Below, in pieces: positions 9,882 through 19,951 of a DNA stretch of 64,000 nucleotides. Source of the DNA: an uncultured Clostridia bacterium (GTDB lineage: Bacteria > Bacillota > JAAYKD01 > CAYOCI01); NCBI GenBank assembly GCA_964402415.1, contig CAYOCI010000006.1, forward strand, positions 16,020 to 80,019, given 5' to 3'. Under the pieces are notes generated by a model. It had not been told where the DNA came from. It ran no database searches and saw only the letters and a list, made by a program, of their open reading frames with translations. Position 1 is the stretch's first letter, and every line of letters starts with the position of its first letter. Made by a program: the position numbers and the translations under genes.

Positions 9882-11366
9882 CTAAGCGGTGGGCTGGGTG
9901 CTAGACTTCTGCTCTGGGGCAGCAGTAACAGGGATGGTGACGGAAGATGCTGGCTGACCTGTGGCCTGAGCCCCTTTGGCTGCCCCCTTAGTCAGGAGCT
10001 GCATCAGATCCACCCCGGTCAGGGCGCCCACGGTTTCGGGCAGCTTCGCCATGATGTCCGTGACGTACTCAGTCACCTTGCTAGCCCCCTTACCGCCACC
10101 GCCATCGACGATTACGATCTTCTCGGTGCGGGACAGGGGTTCGGAGATGGCGCGGGCGATCTCAGGCAACTTCTCGACCATCATCTGCGTCATGGCCGCC
10201 TCATTGTAGAGACGGTATGCTTCGGCCTTGGCTAGCATCGCTTCAGCCTCGGCCTTACCCTTTTCGCGGATGATCTCGACCTCTGCCATACCCTCTAGGC
10301 GGCGGGCATCAGCGCTGGCCTGACCACGTAGCCTGATCGACTGGGCTTGGGCCTCGGCCTCCTGGATCTCGCTGTAGCGGCCGGCCTCAGCTTGCTTCGC
10401 TTGGCGGTACTTCTCAGCGTCCGCTTCCTTGACGATGGTCGCTTCCAGTTCCTGTTCACGACGGAGCGCTTCCTGCTGAGCGAGCTGGATCTCCTTCTCC
10501 TTCTTCAGGATCTCGACCTGCATCTGGGTCTCTGTCACTTCGCGCTTGACCTTGTTCTCCTCGATGGAGTAGGCCAAGTCGGCCACAGCGCGGGAAGACT
10601 CCTGCTCTTTACGGAAGGCTTGGATCTTCAGTTCTCTATCCTTCACGCTCTGGGCGATTTGGGCCTCGGCGATCAACCGTGCTTCTTCACCTTGACGGTT
10701 CGCCTCAGCGGTGCGGATCTTGGCTTCCTTATGAGCCTCTGCCTCAGCGATCTCAGCGTTCTTCTTGACCTCGGCGATCTGCTTCTTACCGAGAGCCTCT
10801 AGGTAACCATTGATATCGTCGATATCGGTGATGGTAAAGGCCTTGATCTCCAATCCCATGGTGGCGAGATCCGTGGCGGCGATCTCCTGTACGCGGGAGC
10901 CAAACTCCTTGCGGTCTTGGTAGATGCCTTCGACGGTCATCTCCGAGATGATCTCACGCAGCTTGCCTTCGAGGACGTTCTTAGCGGTCTTCTTGATATT
11001 CTCGACAGTGCGCACCTCAGCGCCGGTGTTGAACTGCTCAACTGCCGCTAGGATGGACTCTTTGTCGGACTTGATCTTGATCACAGCAAAACCGTTGACG
11101 GTGATCGGAACTCCCATGGCGGTCAAGGCGCCATTGGTCTGCATCTCGATGGTCATGTTCTCCAGGGAGATCCGGTCGGTCTTTTCCAGCAGGGGAACGA
11201 CCAGACCACCACCACCGGAGATAACACGTTTGCGCAGGCCCGTGACTACCAGCGCTTTGTCCTGCGAGACCTTGCGCCACATGGATGTAATGCCCAGAAG
11301 GAGTAGGATGATAACCCCGACGATCGACGCCGAGATAAAGATGGTAGACTGTATCGATTCTGGCAT
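9882..11366 (-). CDS. floT: Flotillin (SPFH/band-7 domain, FloT/YuaG-like)
   Basis: N-terminal TM, SPFH domain, then a long E/A/K/Q-rich coiled coil ('EAEAHKEAKIRTAEANRQGEEARLIAEAQ'). Sits downstream of an NfeD gene in the usual operon arrangement. Confidence 0.85.
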   Translation of the reverse strand: MPESIQSTIFISASIVGVIILLLLGITSMWRKVSQDKALVVTGLRKRVISGGGGLVVPLLEKTDRISLENMTIEMQTNGALTAMGVPITVNGFAVIKIKSDKESILAAVEQFNTGAEVRTVENIKKTAKNVLEGKLREIISEMTVEGIYQDRKEFGSRVQEIAATDLATMGLEIKAFTITDIDDINGYLEALGKKQIAEVKKNAEIAEAEAHKEAKIRTAEANRQGEEARLIAEAQIAQSVKDRELKIQAFRKEQESSRAVADLAYSIEENKVKREVTETQMQVEILKKEKEIQLAQQEALRREQELEATIVKEADAEKYRQAKQAEAGRYSEIQEAEAQAQSIRLRGQASADARRLEGMAEVEIIREKGKAEAEAMLAKAEAYRLYNEAAMTQMMVEKLPEIARAISEPLSRTEKIVIVDGGGGKGASKVTEYVTDIMAKLPETVGALTGVDLMQLLTKGAAKGAQATGQPASSVTIPVTAAPEQKSSTQPTA

Positions 11367-11392
11367 GTGCGTCCCCTCCCATTGTTTTCTGT

Positions 11393-11935
11393 TTAGCCAA
11401 AGAGCCGATCTGAGCGTTCCACGTAGAAGACGTTGTCTTGGATCCTGACAATCATCACCTCCTCGCCCTGCTTGAGATCAGTGGAGCTCAGCGCCTTAGC
11501 TGGTGCGGTAAAGCTGTTCCCATTGACCATATAGGTGATGGATCCGAAGCGGTCACCGCGCAGGTCGAGAGCGACCCTGGCGGGCAGACCCACCAGCTCT
11601 TCCTGAGAGACGGTGCTGGTGTTCTGCGCACGGTACAGTGGTAGGACCACATAGCGGTAGAGAAGCGTGGCTACCAGCAGCCCTGACGCCGTCGCCAAGA
11701 GTAGAGCCAGAGTTGCCCCCAGGCCTTGGCCCAAGCCGATTAGCCCCACACCGCCGAAGACCGTGATGAAAGATACAACCGTAATCGGCTTGATTGGCAG
11801 AAGAGCATCCGGCGTATCGGCATCGAAGTCTAGATCCCCGTCACCGTCGAACAAGCCAAATACTTGGCCAAGCAGAAACGAGAGGACAGCGAAGATAATG
11901 CCAGTATAGAAGCATAAGCTGAACAGTAGCGTCAT
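11393..11935 (-). CDS. NfeD-family membrane protein (YuaF-like)
   Basis: 180 aa; TM N-terminus plus C-terminal OB-fold-like region. Immediately upstream of flotillin. GGGAGGTGA RBS. Confidence 0.7.
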   Translation of the reverse strand: MTLLFSLCFYTGIIFAVLSFLLGQVFGLFDGDGDLDFDADTPDALLPIKPITVVSFITVFGGVGLIGLGQGLGATLALLLATASGLLVATLLYRYVVLPLYRAQNTSTVSQEELVGLPARVALDLRGDRFGSITYMVNGNSFTAPAKALSSTDLKQGEEVMIVRIQDNVFYVERSDRLFG

Positions 11936-12386
11936 GATCTCACCTCCCGTACTTAAAGAACGCTCCAGTATTAGTCGATCTCACTTGTTTATACGCTGTT
12001 CGTGCGGTTTAGTTCCCACTCAGGTATCAATAAGTCACGATGCTTACCTATCCAAACAAGTGCTAGACGGTCAACTGCGACCGTCTAGCACTCCTGACCA
12101 TCCCACCACTCGGGCCGCAGGCCCTTACCTGAGCCACAGCAGCAGCACCAAGAAGGCTGTGAGTAATCCCGCTATCGTTACCAACATGATCGGAAGCTGG
12201 ACAGAGTACTCGGCTAAGCAGAGGCTGCAGAACTCTCGGAGTGTCACTCGATCAGGATTGACCGTGAGAGCGGGTTGGATTAGTTGCTTCTCGCGGCCAC
12301 TTTCATCGTACCTGGAAGAGCCCTCGCGCATGGACATCCGCATCGTCTTGACCTCCTACGTTCAGGCGTGGCTACACGCTATCAGG

Positions 12387-13394
12387 TTACGGTTGATCCA
12401 GCAGATGGCAGCAGGCCATATGACCCGGTTCGACCTCGCGCATCGTGGGAGCATCGGTCTTGCACCGAGGCATCGCATAGCTGCAGCGAGTATGGAATTT
12501 GCAGCCTGATGGGGGGTTCGCAGGACTAGGAACATTGCCTTTGAGGATAATCCGCGCCCCTTTCATACCGCTATCAAGACGCGGCATGGCTGATAGGAGC
12601 GCCTGGGTATAGGGATGGACTGGGTTTGCGAATAACTGCTCACTGCGACCTGTCTCCACAAAGGAGCCAAGATACATGACGGCCACACGATCACAGAAAT
12701 AGCGCACCACTCCTAGGTCATGGGAGATGAAGAGGTACGTCAGCCCCATCTTCTCCTTTAGCTCCTGCATGAGAGTCAGGACTTGGGCCTGGATTGAGAC
12801 GTCAAGAGCCGCGATCGGCTCATCCCCGATGACAAAGCGTGGGTTGAACGCTAGAGCGCGAGCGATGCTAATCCTTTGACGCTGCCCACCGCTAAACTCG
12901 TGGGGATATTTGTTGATGTTCACTGATGAAATGCCGCACAGCTCAAGTAGAGCGGCCGCCCGTTGCATAGCATCCACAGGTTTGGCCAGTCTGTGGGCTA
13001 TGAGCCCCTCCGAGACAATGGTGCCGATGTTCATGCGCGGATCAAGAGAGGCGAAAGGATCCTGGAAGATAATCTGCATGTCACGCCGGAGCAAGCGCAT
13101 TTCGTTTTGTGCCAGGGCGTTGCGGTGCTCAACATCGTAGAGCAACTTGCCGGCAAATGTGACGCGGCCTCCGGTAGGGGCGACAAGGTTGAGGATGGTC
13201 TTACCAACTGTGGACTTGCCGCAGCCGGATTCACCTACCAGACCAAAGATTTCACCCTTGAATATTCGGAAGGAGACGCCATCCACGGCCTTCACGTCAC
13301 CTATCTGGCGGGACAGGATGCCACCCCGAATGGGGAAGTACTTCCGTAGGTTTTCGGCTTGCAGCAGAACCTCAGGCAATGGTATCACCTCCAT
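12387..13394 (-). CDS. oppF: Oligopeptide ABC transporter ATP-binding protein OppF
   Basis: Walker A 'GESGCGKST', signature 'LSGGQRQR', Walker B 'FVIGDE', and the Opp C-terminal extension. Confidence 0.85.
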   Translation of the reverse strand: MEVIPLPEVLLQAENLRKYFPIRGGILSRQIGDVKAVDGVSFRIFKGEIFGLVGESGCGKSTVGKTILNLVAPTGGRVTFAGKLLYDVEHRNALAQNEMRLLRRDMQIIFQDPFASLDPRMNIGTIVSEGLIAHRLAKPVDAMQRAAALLELCGISSVNINKYPHEFSGGQRQRISIARALAFNPRFVIGDEPIAALDVSIQAQVLTLMQELKEKMGLTYLFISHDLGVVRYFCDRVAVMYLGSFVETGRSEQLFANPVHPYTQALLSAMPRLDSGMKGARIILKGNVPSPANPPSGCKFHTRCSYAMPRCKTDAPTMREVEPGHMACCHLLDQP

Positions 13395-14361
13395 TCTGCA
13401 TAAGCCAACAGCTAACGAGATGACCCGCCGCCGCAGATTTCAGCGGAGGAACGCTGGTAGAACAGACAGCCAAAGCATACTCGCACCGTGGCGCGAAAGG
13501 GCATCCAGGTGGCATGTTCTTCATGGTCGGAACCATCCCCGGGATGCAGTACAGCTTCTCATGCCGGTCCATTCTGCCCGGACGAGAGCGCATGAGGCCA
13601 CGGGTGTAAGGGTGACGGCCATCAGCGAAGAGCTGTTTTACCGAGGCCTTTTCGACGATCTTCCCAGCGTACATCACCATCACCTGATCAGCCATCTCAT
13701 TGATGACCCCAAGGTCATGGGTGATAAACATGACGGCCGTTCCCATCTCTTGCTTCAGATCGCGAAGCAGGTCCAGCACCTGCGCCTGGATGGTAACGTC
13801 AAGCGCTGTAGTAGGCTCATCAGCGATCAGGAGCTTCGGGTTACATGCCAATGCCATGGCAATCATGACACGTTGTCTCATCCCTCCTGAGAACTGGTGA
13901 GGATACTCGTGGACAACATGGTTAGCTCGAGGGATCCCCACCATCTCAAGGAGCTCGATTGTTCTCTGGCGGTTCTCCCTGCTCTTCAGGGCGACGTTCT
14001 GATGAACGTGCAGTACCTCGCCGATCTGTTCACCAATTGGTAAGACAGGGTTCAGCGCCGTCATGGGCTCCTGAAAAATCATGGAGATGGCGTTGCCGCG
14101 GACTTGGCGCATTCCGGCTTCGCTCAGCTGGCGAAGATCGGTTCCATTGAACACGATCTGTCCTTCAGAGATATATCCATTTGGTTTAGGCAGGAGCCCG
14201 ATCACTGCCAGACTGGTCACGCTCTTGCCACATCCCGATTCACCGACGATTCCCAAAACCTCTCCCGCATTTACCTGGAAGTCAACTCCTCGTACCGCCT
14301 GAACCAACCCATCGGAGGTACGAAAGTTGACAGCTAGATTTCGGACTTCCAGCAGGCTCAT
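13372..14361 (-). CDS. oppD: Oligopeptide ABC transporter ATP-binding protein OppD
   Basis: Walker A 'GESGCGKSV', 'FSGGMRQR', 'LLIADEPTTALD', and the Opp C-terminal Cys-containing tail. Confidence 0.85.
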   Translation of the reverse strand: MSLLEVRNLAVNFRTSDGLVQAVRGVDFQVNAGEVLGIVGESGCGKSVTSLAVIGLLPKPNGYISEGQIVFNGTDLRQLSEAGMRQVRGNAISMIFQEPMTALNPVLPIGEQIGEVLHVHQNVALKSRENRQRTIELLEMVGIPRANHVVHEYPHQFSGGMRQRVMIAMALACNPKLLIADEPTTALDVTIQAQVLDLLRDLKQEMGTAVMFITHDLGVINEMADQVMVMYAGKIVEKASVKQLFADGRHPYTRGLMRSRPGRMDRHEKLYCIPGMVPTMKNMPPGCPFAPRCEYALAVCSTSVPPLKSAAAGHLVSCWLMQNGGDTIA

Positions 14362-14371
14362 ATCGATCCTC

Positions 14372-15298
14372 CTATTGCTTTAGTTTGGGGTCCAGGGCGT
14401 CACGAAGCGCGTCGCCTAGTATGTTGATAGAGAGCACGACCGTTAGGATCATGAAACCAGGGGGGATCCAGAGCCATGGATAGAACATTAGCGAGGCCAT
14501 GTTCTGCGCTGACGAGAGCATGTTACCCCAGCTGGGTTGTGGCTGTTTGACGCCAAGGCCGAGATAGCTTAACCCTGCTTCTCCTAAGATGCCACCCGCG
14601 ATTCCCAAGGTCGCGTAGACCATCACCACTGCAAAGACATTGGGTAATATGTGACGCATGATGATCGCGACGGGCGTCAGGCCCAGAGCGCGCGATGCCT
14701 CGACAAACTCCCTCTCCTTTAGGGAGAGCACTTCGGCCCTTACCATGCGTGCCAGACTTGGCCAGCTCAGGATCCCAGAAACAAACATCACTGTGGTGAT
14801 ACTCGGGCCCATGATCGATGCAATAACGATGGCGATCAAGAAGAAAGGGAAGCACATGAAGATATCCACCAGGCGCATGATCACGTTGTCCATCGCGCCT
14901 CCGAAATAGCCAGCGATCGCCCCCAGAGTGAGCCCGATGACAATGGAGATGAGGGTAGAGACTAGGCCTACTTCCAGCGATGCCCGAGTGCCGTAGATGA
15001 GGCGCGTGAATACATCCCGACCGAACTCATCGGTCCCTAAGATGTGAGTAGCACTGGGGCGGAGGAATCGCTTCGTCAGATCGATGGCGTCGCGGTCGTA
15101 GCTGGTGATGAGTGGCGCCAAAATCGCCACGAGAATTAGCGTGACCACGATCAGCAGGGCGCCGAGAGCAAGGCGGTTGCGACGTAAGCGCACGAAGGCG
15201 ATGGCCCAGGGGGATAGCCCCTTGACAGGCGTGTGGTCCGTTGTCGGCATCGGCTTCCCTCCCTTACTCATAGCGAATGCGTGGGTCGACCATCGCAT
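14372..15298 (-). CDS. oppC: Oligopeptide ABC transporter permease OppC
   Basis: Permease with the EAA-type loop 'VEASRALGLTPVAIIMRHILPN'. Placed between oppB and oppD. Confidence 0.85.
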   Translation of the reverse strand: MRWSTHAFAMSKGGKPMPTTDHTPVKGLSPWAIAFVRLRRNRLALGALLIVVTLILVAILAPLITSYDRDAIDLTKRFLRPSATHILGTDEFGRDVFTRLIYGTRASLEVGLVSTLISIVIGLTLGAIAGYFGGAMDNVIMRLVDIFMCFPFFLIAIVIASIMGPSITTVMFVSGILSWPSLARMVRAEVLSLKEREFVEASRALGLTPVAIIMRHILPNVFAVVMVYATLGIAGGILGEAGLSYLGLGVKQPQPSWGNMLSSAQNMASLMFYPWLWIPPGFMILTVVLSINILGDALRDALDPKLKQ

Positions 15299-16274
15299 AC
15301 ATGATGTCGGCGAACAGGTTCGCGAAGAGCATGGTCAGAGCGAGCACCATGGTTCCGGCCATGACCAGTGGGTAGTCCCGGTTAGCAATGGCTTGGTAGA
15401 CCAGAGTACCCATGCCAGGCCACATGAACACGTTTTCGGTCAAGATCGCTCCCGAAAGCAGGGACCCCAGGGAGATGCTCAATACCGTGATGACCGGGAT
15501 GAGCGCGTTGCGCAGTGCATGCTTGTAGATAACGCTCCGCTCACTCATGCCCTTAGAGCGGGCGGTGCGTATGTAATCCTGCCCAATGACCTCGAGCATA
15601 GATGACCTAGTATAGCGCATACGCCCGGCTACCTGAATAACCGTTAGCACTGTCAGGGGGAGGACCATGTGGTAGAGCATATCCCACAGTGCTGCCATAC
15701 CAGAGAGATTGGCACCGATGGTTTCCATGCCCTGAATTGGGAAGAGCGAAAGATCGAAGGCTACGTATTTCACCAAGAGCAGGGCGAGGAAGAACGCAGG
15801 AACAGAAATACCGATGAGGGCGACAATGGTCAGGATATAATCCCACACAGAGTACTGCTTGGTCGCGGACAGAACTCCCAGTGGCACGGAGATTAGGGTG
15901 CTGAGCACCAGAGCAGGAAGCGAGAGGGCCAACGTATTTGACAATCGTCGCCCAATCATCTCTGCCACCGGCTGCTTTTGGCTAATCGAATAGCCCATAT
16001 TGCCGGTCAACATCTGACCAGCCCACTTCACGTACTTAACCGGCAGGGGGTCGTAGTAGCCGATCGATCGCAGCAAGTTTTCATAGTCGGCCTTGGACAT
16101 GTTGGGATTGCTCTCGATCATACTCGCAAATGGATCCCCCGGGGCAAGGTTGATCAAGACGAAGATGATGACTGATATCCCGATGATCACGGGGATCATT
16201 AAGAGCAGACGACGCAGCAGATAGTTGCGCATGGATGGGGACACCCCCTTTGGTTTCAGCGCTAGTGTGATCAC
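15264..16274 (-). CDS. oppB: Oligopeptide ABC transporter permease OppB
   Basis: N-terminal 'LLRRLLLMIPVIIGISVIIF' and EAA motif 'IRTARSKGMSERSVIYKHALRNA'. Confidence 0.85.
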   Translation of the reverse strand: MITLALKPKGVSPSMRNYLLRRLLLMIPVIIGISVIIFVLINLAPGDPFASMIESNPNMSKADYENLLRSIGYYDPLPVKYVKWAGQMLTGNMGYSISQKQPVAEMIGRRLSNTLALSLPALVLSTLISVPLGVLSATKQYSVWDYILTIVALIGISVPAFFLALLLVKYVAFDLSLFPIQGMETIGANLSGMAALWDMLYHMVLPLTVLTVIQVAGRMRYTRSSMLEVIGQDYIRTARSKGMSERSVIYKHALRNALIPVITVLSISLGSLLSGAILTENVFMWPGMGTLVYQAIANRDYPLVMAGTMVLALTMLFANLFADIMYAMVDPRIRYE

Positions 16275-16339
16275 GAAGGAGCGAAATGCAGGAGACGCCG
16301 CTCCTGCATTTCGTTCTCCTTACCGCTTATACGCGGGGG

Positions 16340-17998
16340 CTACTTGGTGTACTCCCATTTTTCCACCTTGTAGTAGGCACCGCCGGCGAAGAACTGGACG
16401 TTCTTCAGCTTGGGGGTAACCGCCAATCCGCCCTTCCAGTTGTAGAGCCAGACGTTTGGGATCTGTTCGTTCATGTGGAGCGCCCATTCTTTGTAGATGG
16501 CTTTCCGCTTCTCAAGATCGATATACTTGAGGCCATCGTCGAGGAGTTGGTTGGTCTTGGCATCATCCCAGCCACAGTAATTGAAGTTGGCACCAGTTGC
16601 CCAGATGTACTTCTGGTCAGCATCGAAGCTGGTTCCCATGCCCATCAGCATCAGTTCGAAATCCGCCTTGGCCACGTCGGCCGATAGCGCGGCGAACTCC
16701 ATGATCCGAGCATCGATCTCGATGCCGATCTCCTTGAGATTCTGTTGGATGACGATGGCAGCCTTTTCACGCGCCTTGTTGCCAGATGGGTACTTCAGAA
16801 CCCACTTGACTGGCTTACCCTGGTAATACATAACGTTGTCTCTGTGCTCAAATCCAGCCTTCTTGAAGAGATCGATAGCCGCGTTCTTGTCGTACTTATA
16901 GTCCTTGAGAGCGGCATCGCCGGGATGGGCCCAGATGCTCTTGGGGAAGGGATTGTTGGCGACATTGCCCTTGCCATAGAGGAACTGGTCGACAATGCCT
17001 TGGCGGTTGATCGCATGAGCTAGAGCCTGGCGAACCTCTTTCTTCTGGAAGACAGGGAGGCGATTGTTGACACCCATGTATTGGACTGCGACTAGATCAG
17101 CCTCAAGCACCTGGATCTGCTTATCGGTGAACAACTTGATGAACTGTGGATCGAAATCACTGACATCCATCAGATCGATCTCGCCTTTGAGCATCTGGGT
17201 CTGAGCAGTGTCCTGGGCAACCGCCTGGATGACGATGCCGTCGATCTTCGGTTTGCCGCCCCAGTAGTCAGGATTTGCGACGACGGTGGCATGGGAATCG
17301 GGCTTAAACTCCTTGAGCTTGAACGGGCCAGTACCAACTGGGTTGAGCAGGAGCTCCTTGTTCTTCTCCGCAGTAGCGACATCAGCCTTTCCCCAGAGAT
17401 GCTTGGGCATCATCGGACGTCCACCAATGCTGTAGAGGAAGGACGCAAACACCTCGCTGGTCGTGATCTTGACGGTATTCTGGTCAATGATCTCGATGCC
17501 GCTGACGCTGGTGGCTTTGCCTTCGTGGAACTCCTTCATGCCTTTGATCTTCTCGACATTGGAGTAGCGCGGGCCCTTGTAGTCCTTGTGCCCTACGAAC
17601 TCGAGCGAGAATTTCACGTCTTCGGCGGTAAAGGGCTTACCATCATGCCATTTGGCGTCCTTGCGCAGGTGGAAGGTGACACTGAGATTGTCAGGGGCGA
17701 CAACCCATTTCTCAGCCAAAGCGCCTTCATACTCTAGCTTGGGATTTAGCTGGACCAGGGGCTCGAAAAGCAGGCTGGTTACAGCACTGTCGTAGGAAGA
17801 CGTAAGAATATCGGGATGGAACAAGCCTGTGGGGGGGTTATATTGGGCGTAGCGAACGAAAGTCTCTTGCTTAGAGGCGGGAGTTGTTGGTGGCGTCGTG
17901 GTGCTAGATTGGGGTGTGCACCCCACCACGACCATCATTAACAATAGAGAGATAACGAGCGTTCTTGTCCTCTTACGCATATCCATCCTCCTCTGCAT
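16340..17998 (-). CDS. oppA: Oligopeptide ABC transporter substrate-binding lipoprotein OppA (family 5 SBP)
   Basis: Signal peptide with lipobox 'VVGCT'; about 550-aa family-5 solute-binding protein. First gene of the opp operon. Confidence 0.85.
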   Translation of the reverse strand: MQRRMDMRKRTRTLVISLLLMMVVVGCTPQSSTTTPPTTPASKQETFVRYAQYNPPTGLFHPDILTSSYDSAVTSLLFEPLVQLNPKLEYEGALAEKWVVAPDNLSVTFHLRKDAKWHDGKPFTAEDVKFSLEFVGHKDYKGPRYSNVEKIKGMKEFHEGKATSVSGIEIIDQNTVKITTSEVFASFLYSIGGRPMMPKHLWGKADVATAEKNKELLLNPVGTGPFKLKEFKPDSHATVVANPDYWGGKPKIDGIVIQAVAQDTAQTQMLKGEIDLMDVSDFDPQFIKLFTDKQIQVLEADLVAVQYMGVNNRLPVFQKKEVRQALAHAINRQGIVDQFLYGKGNVANNPFPKSIWAHPGDAALKDYKYDKNAAIDLFKKAGFEHRDNVMYYQGKPVKWVLKYPSGNKAREKAAIVIQQNLKEIGIEIDARIMEFAALSADVAKADFELMLMGMGTSFDADQKYIWATGANFNYCGWDDAKTNQLLDDGLKYIDLEKRKAIYKEWALHMNEQIPNVWLYNWKGGLAVTPKLKNVQFFAGGAYYKVEKWEYTK

Positions 17999-18216
17999 TA
18001 GTGGGTTGGTCGGGCTATCAGGATCGTCTGAGGGATATCCTCACTAACCAATATTGGGGCACGTCCAGCTTTATGACAGGCAAGTACGCTTTTCTAGTGA
18101 GCGGTGACCCAGTCTGCGTGAACTCGGTAAGACAGACAAAGAGAGGATGCAGGTCTCGCGACCTGCATCCTCTCCTATATCGGTTTCTTACATAGCACCT
18201 AAACCAATGGGCCACT

Positions 18217-19656
18217 CTATGCATCTGCCTTAGCCTGCTGCGCCGCAAACATTTGTTGGCGAATGACAGCCTTCGCCTTCCAACCACCAGTCAGATAGCG
18301 GGTAATCGGAATCACACTGGAGACAGACCAACCGACGGGGATGGCCCACCAGGTGCCGCGGTAGCTCACGCTTGGTATCGTTACCAGCCAGTAAGCTGCG
18401 ATCACCCGCGCGGCGAGGTCGACCGTCACCGCGATCATGGGAATGGTTGTATCGCCGGCTCCACGCAGGACGCCGTTGCAGATCCCCATGATACCGAAGA
18501 CAACATAGAAGAGCGAGACGGTACGCATGTACTCGACACCACGGCGGATGACCTCGGCCTGATTCGCATCAATGAAGATCTCGATCATCTGCGGGCCAAA
18601 GGTATACACCAGTACCGACATGAGCGCACAGCAGCCTACCACCAATAATAGCGCCGAGTGGACACCGTGCCGGACACGATCCATCTTATCCGCACCGACG
18701 TTCTGGCCAGTGTAGGTGGAGACCGCCATACCCAGGTTCATGATCGGCATCATCGCGAACGAATCCATGCGGGCTGCCGCTGTGTAAGCGGCCATGGTGG
18801 TGCTGCCAAAGGAGTTGATCAGGCTCTGCACGGCCATGAACCCCATGGAGGCGACGGTCTGCTGGATCGAAGAGGGGATCCCAATTTTGATCATGGTCCC
18901 AAAGATGCCGCGGTCAAAGACGAACTCCTCCCGCTTGAGCTGCAGGAGAGGGACCCGGCGATAGATATACAGGATGCAAAGCACCACGGAGATGGCCTGT
19001 GCGATCAAGGTTGCCCAGGCTACCCCAGCCACACCCCAGCCGAGATTGGCGACGAAGTAGACGTCCAGTACCACATTGATCAGCGTGGAGACGATCAGGA
19101 AGTAGAGCGGGCTCCGCGAATCACCAAGCGCACGCAAGATGCCAGCCAAGGCATTGTACATGAACATGAAGATCAGGCCTAGGAAGTAGATGCGCATGTA
19201 GGTGGCGGAGTCACTGATCACATCAGCAGGGGTGCGAAGCAGCTGCAGCAGGGGGCGACTGGCGAACAGGCCCACCACCGTCATGACCGTTGCACCGACC
19301 AGTTGAAAGATGATGGCGGTAGAGACGGCGCGGCGCACATCCTCGTAGCGCTTGGCGCCAAAGTACTGTGAGATAATGATGCCAACCCCTGTGGTGAGCC
19401 CCATGACCAGAGCGATCAGCATAAAGATGATCGGCGTGCTGGTTCCCACAGCGGCGAGCGCCTGCGGGCCAACGAAGCGGCCGACCACGATCGAGTCTAC
19501 CATATTGTAAAGTTGCTGGAAGATGCTACCGAGCAGCATCGGGATGGTAAAGGTAAGGATCAGCTTCAGCGGCGAACCATTGGTCATGTCATTGAGCATT
19601 ACGGCACCACCTTCGAGAATATCGCAGTCAACGCATGTTCGCGGGCGAACGTTCAC
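18217..19656 (-). CDS. MATE-family multidrug/sodium efflux transporter
   Basis: 479 aa with 12 TM segments; the typical MATE N-terminus 'LKLILTFTIPMLLGSIFQQLYNMVDSIVVGRFVGPQALAAVG'. Confidence 0.85.
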   Translation of the reverse strand: MNVRPRTCVDCDILEGGAVMLNDMTNGSPLKLILTFTIPMLLGSIFQQLYNMVDSIVVGRFVGPQALAAVGTSTPIIFMLIALVMGLTTGVGIIISQYFGAKRYEDVRRAVSTAIIFQLVGATVMTVVGLFASRPLLQLLRTPADVISDSATYMRIYFLGLIFMFMYNALAGILRALGDSRSPLYFLIVSTLINVVLDVYFVANLGWGVAGVAWATLIAQAISVVLCILYIYRRVPLLQLKREEFVFDRGIFGTMIKIGIPSSIQQTVASMGFMAVQSLINSFGSTTMAAYTAAARMDSFAMMPIMNLGMAVSTYTGQNVGADKMDRVRHGVHSALLLVVGCCALMSVLVYTFGPQMIEIFIDANQAEVIRRGVEYMRTVSLFYVVFGIMGICNGVLRGAGDTTIPMIAVTVDLAARVIAAYWLVTIPSVSYRGTWWAIPVGWSVSSVIPITRYLTGGWKAKAVIRQQMFAAQQAKADA

Positions 19657-19951
19657 TACAGAACGTATTATACCATCCCGCTGTCAATACATCAATCGCA
19701 GACTATCTCAAAGAGGAAAGGGGCAGGGACGACGACCAACGTCGCTACCAGACGCTACCAAACGTACAGACTCTTGAAGAACGGTGACAGGCTACTCGCG
19801 GTCGCACGCCTCTAGCGGCGATCCGCTTCATCTGTCTTCGCGGCTCTGCCGCATCTTTTTTTGACTTGGATACTCATCAATTAGGTGAAAAGCCGAGAAG
19901 CGAGCCGTTGTCGGCTCGCTTCTCCTGTTCGCCCGCTGTGCCTCGTCCTTG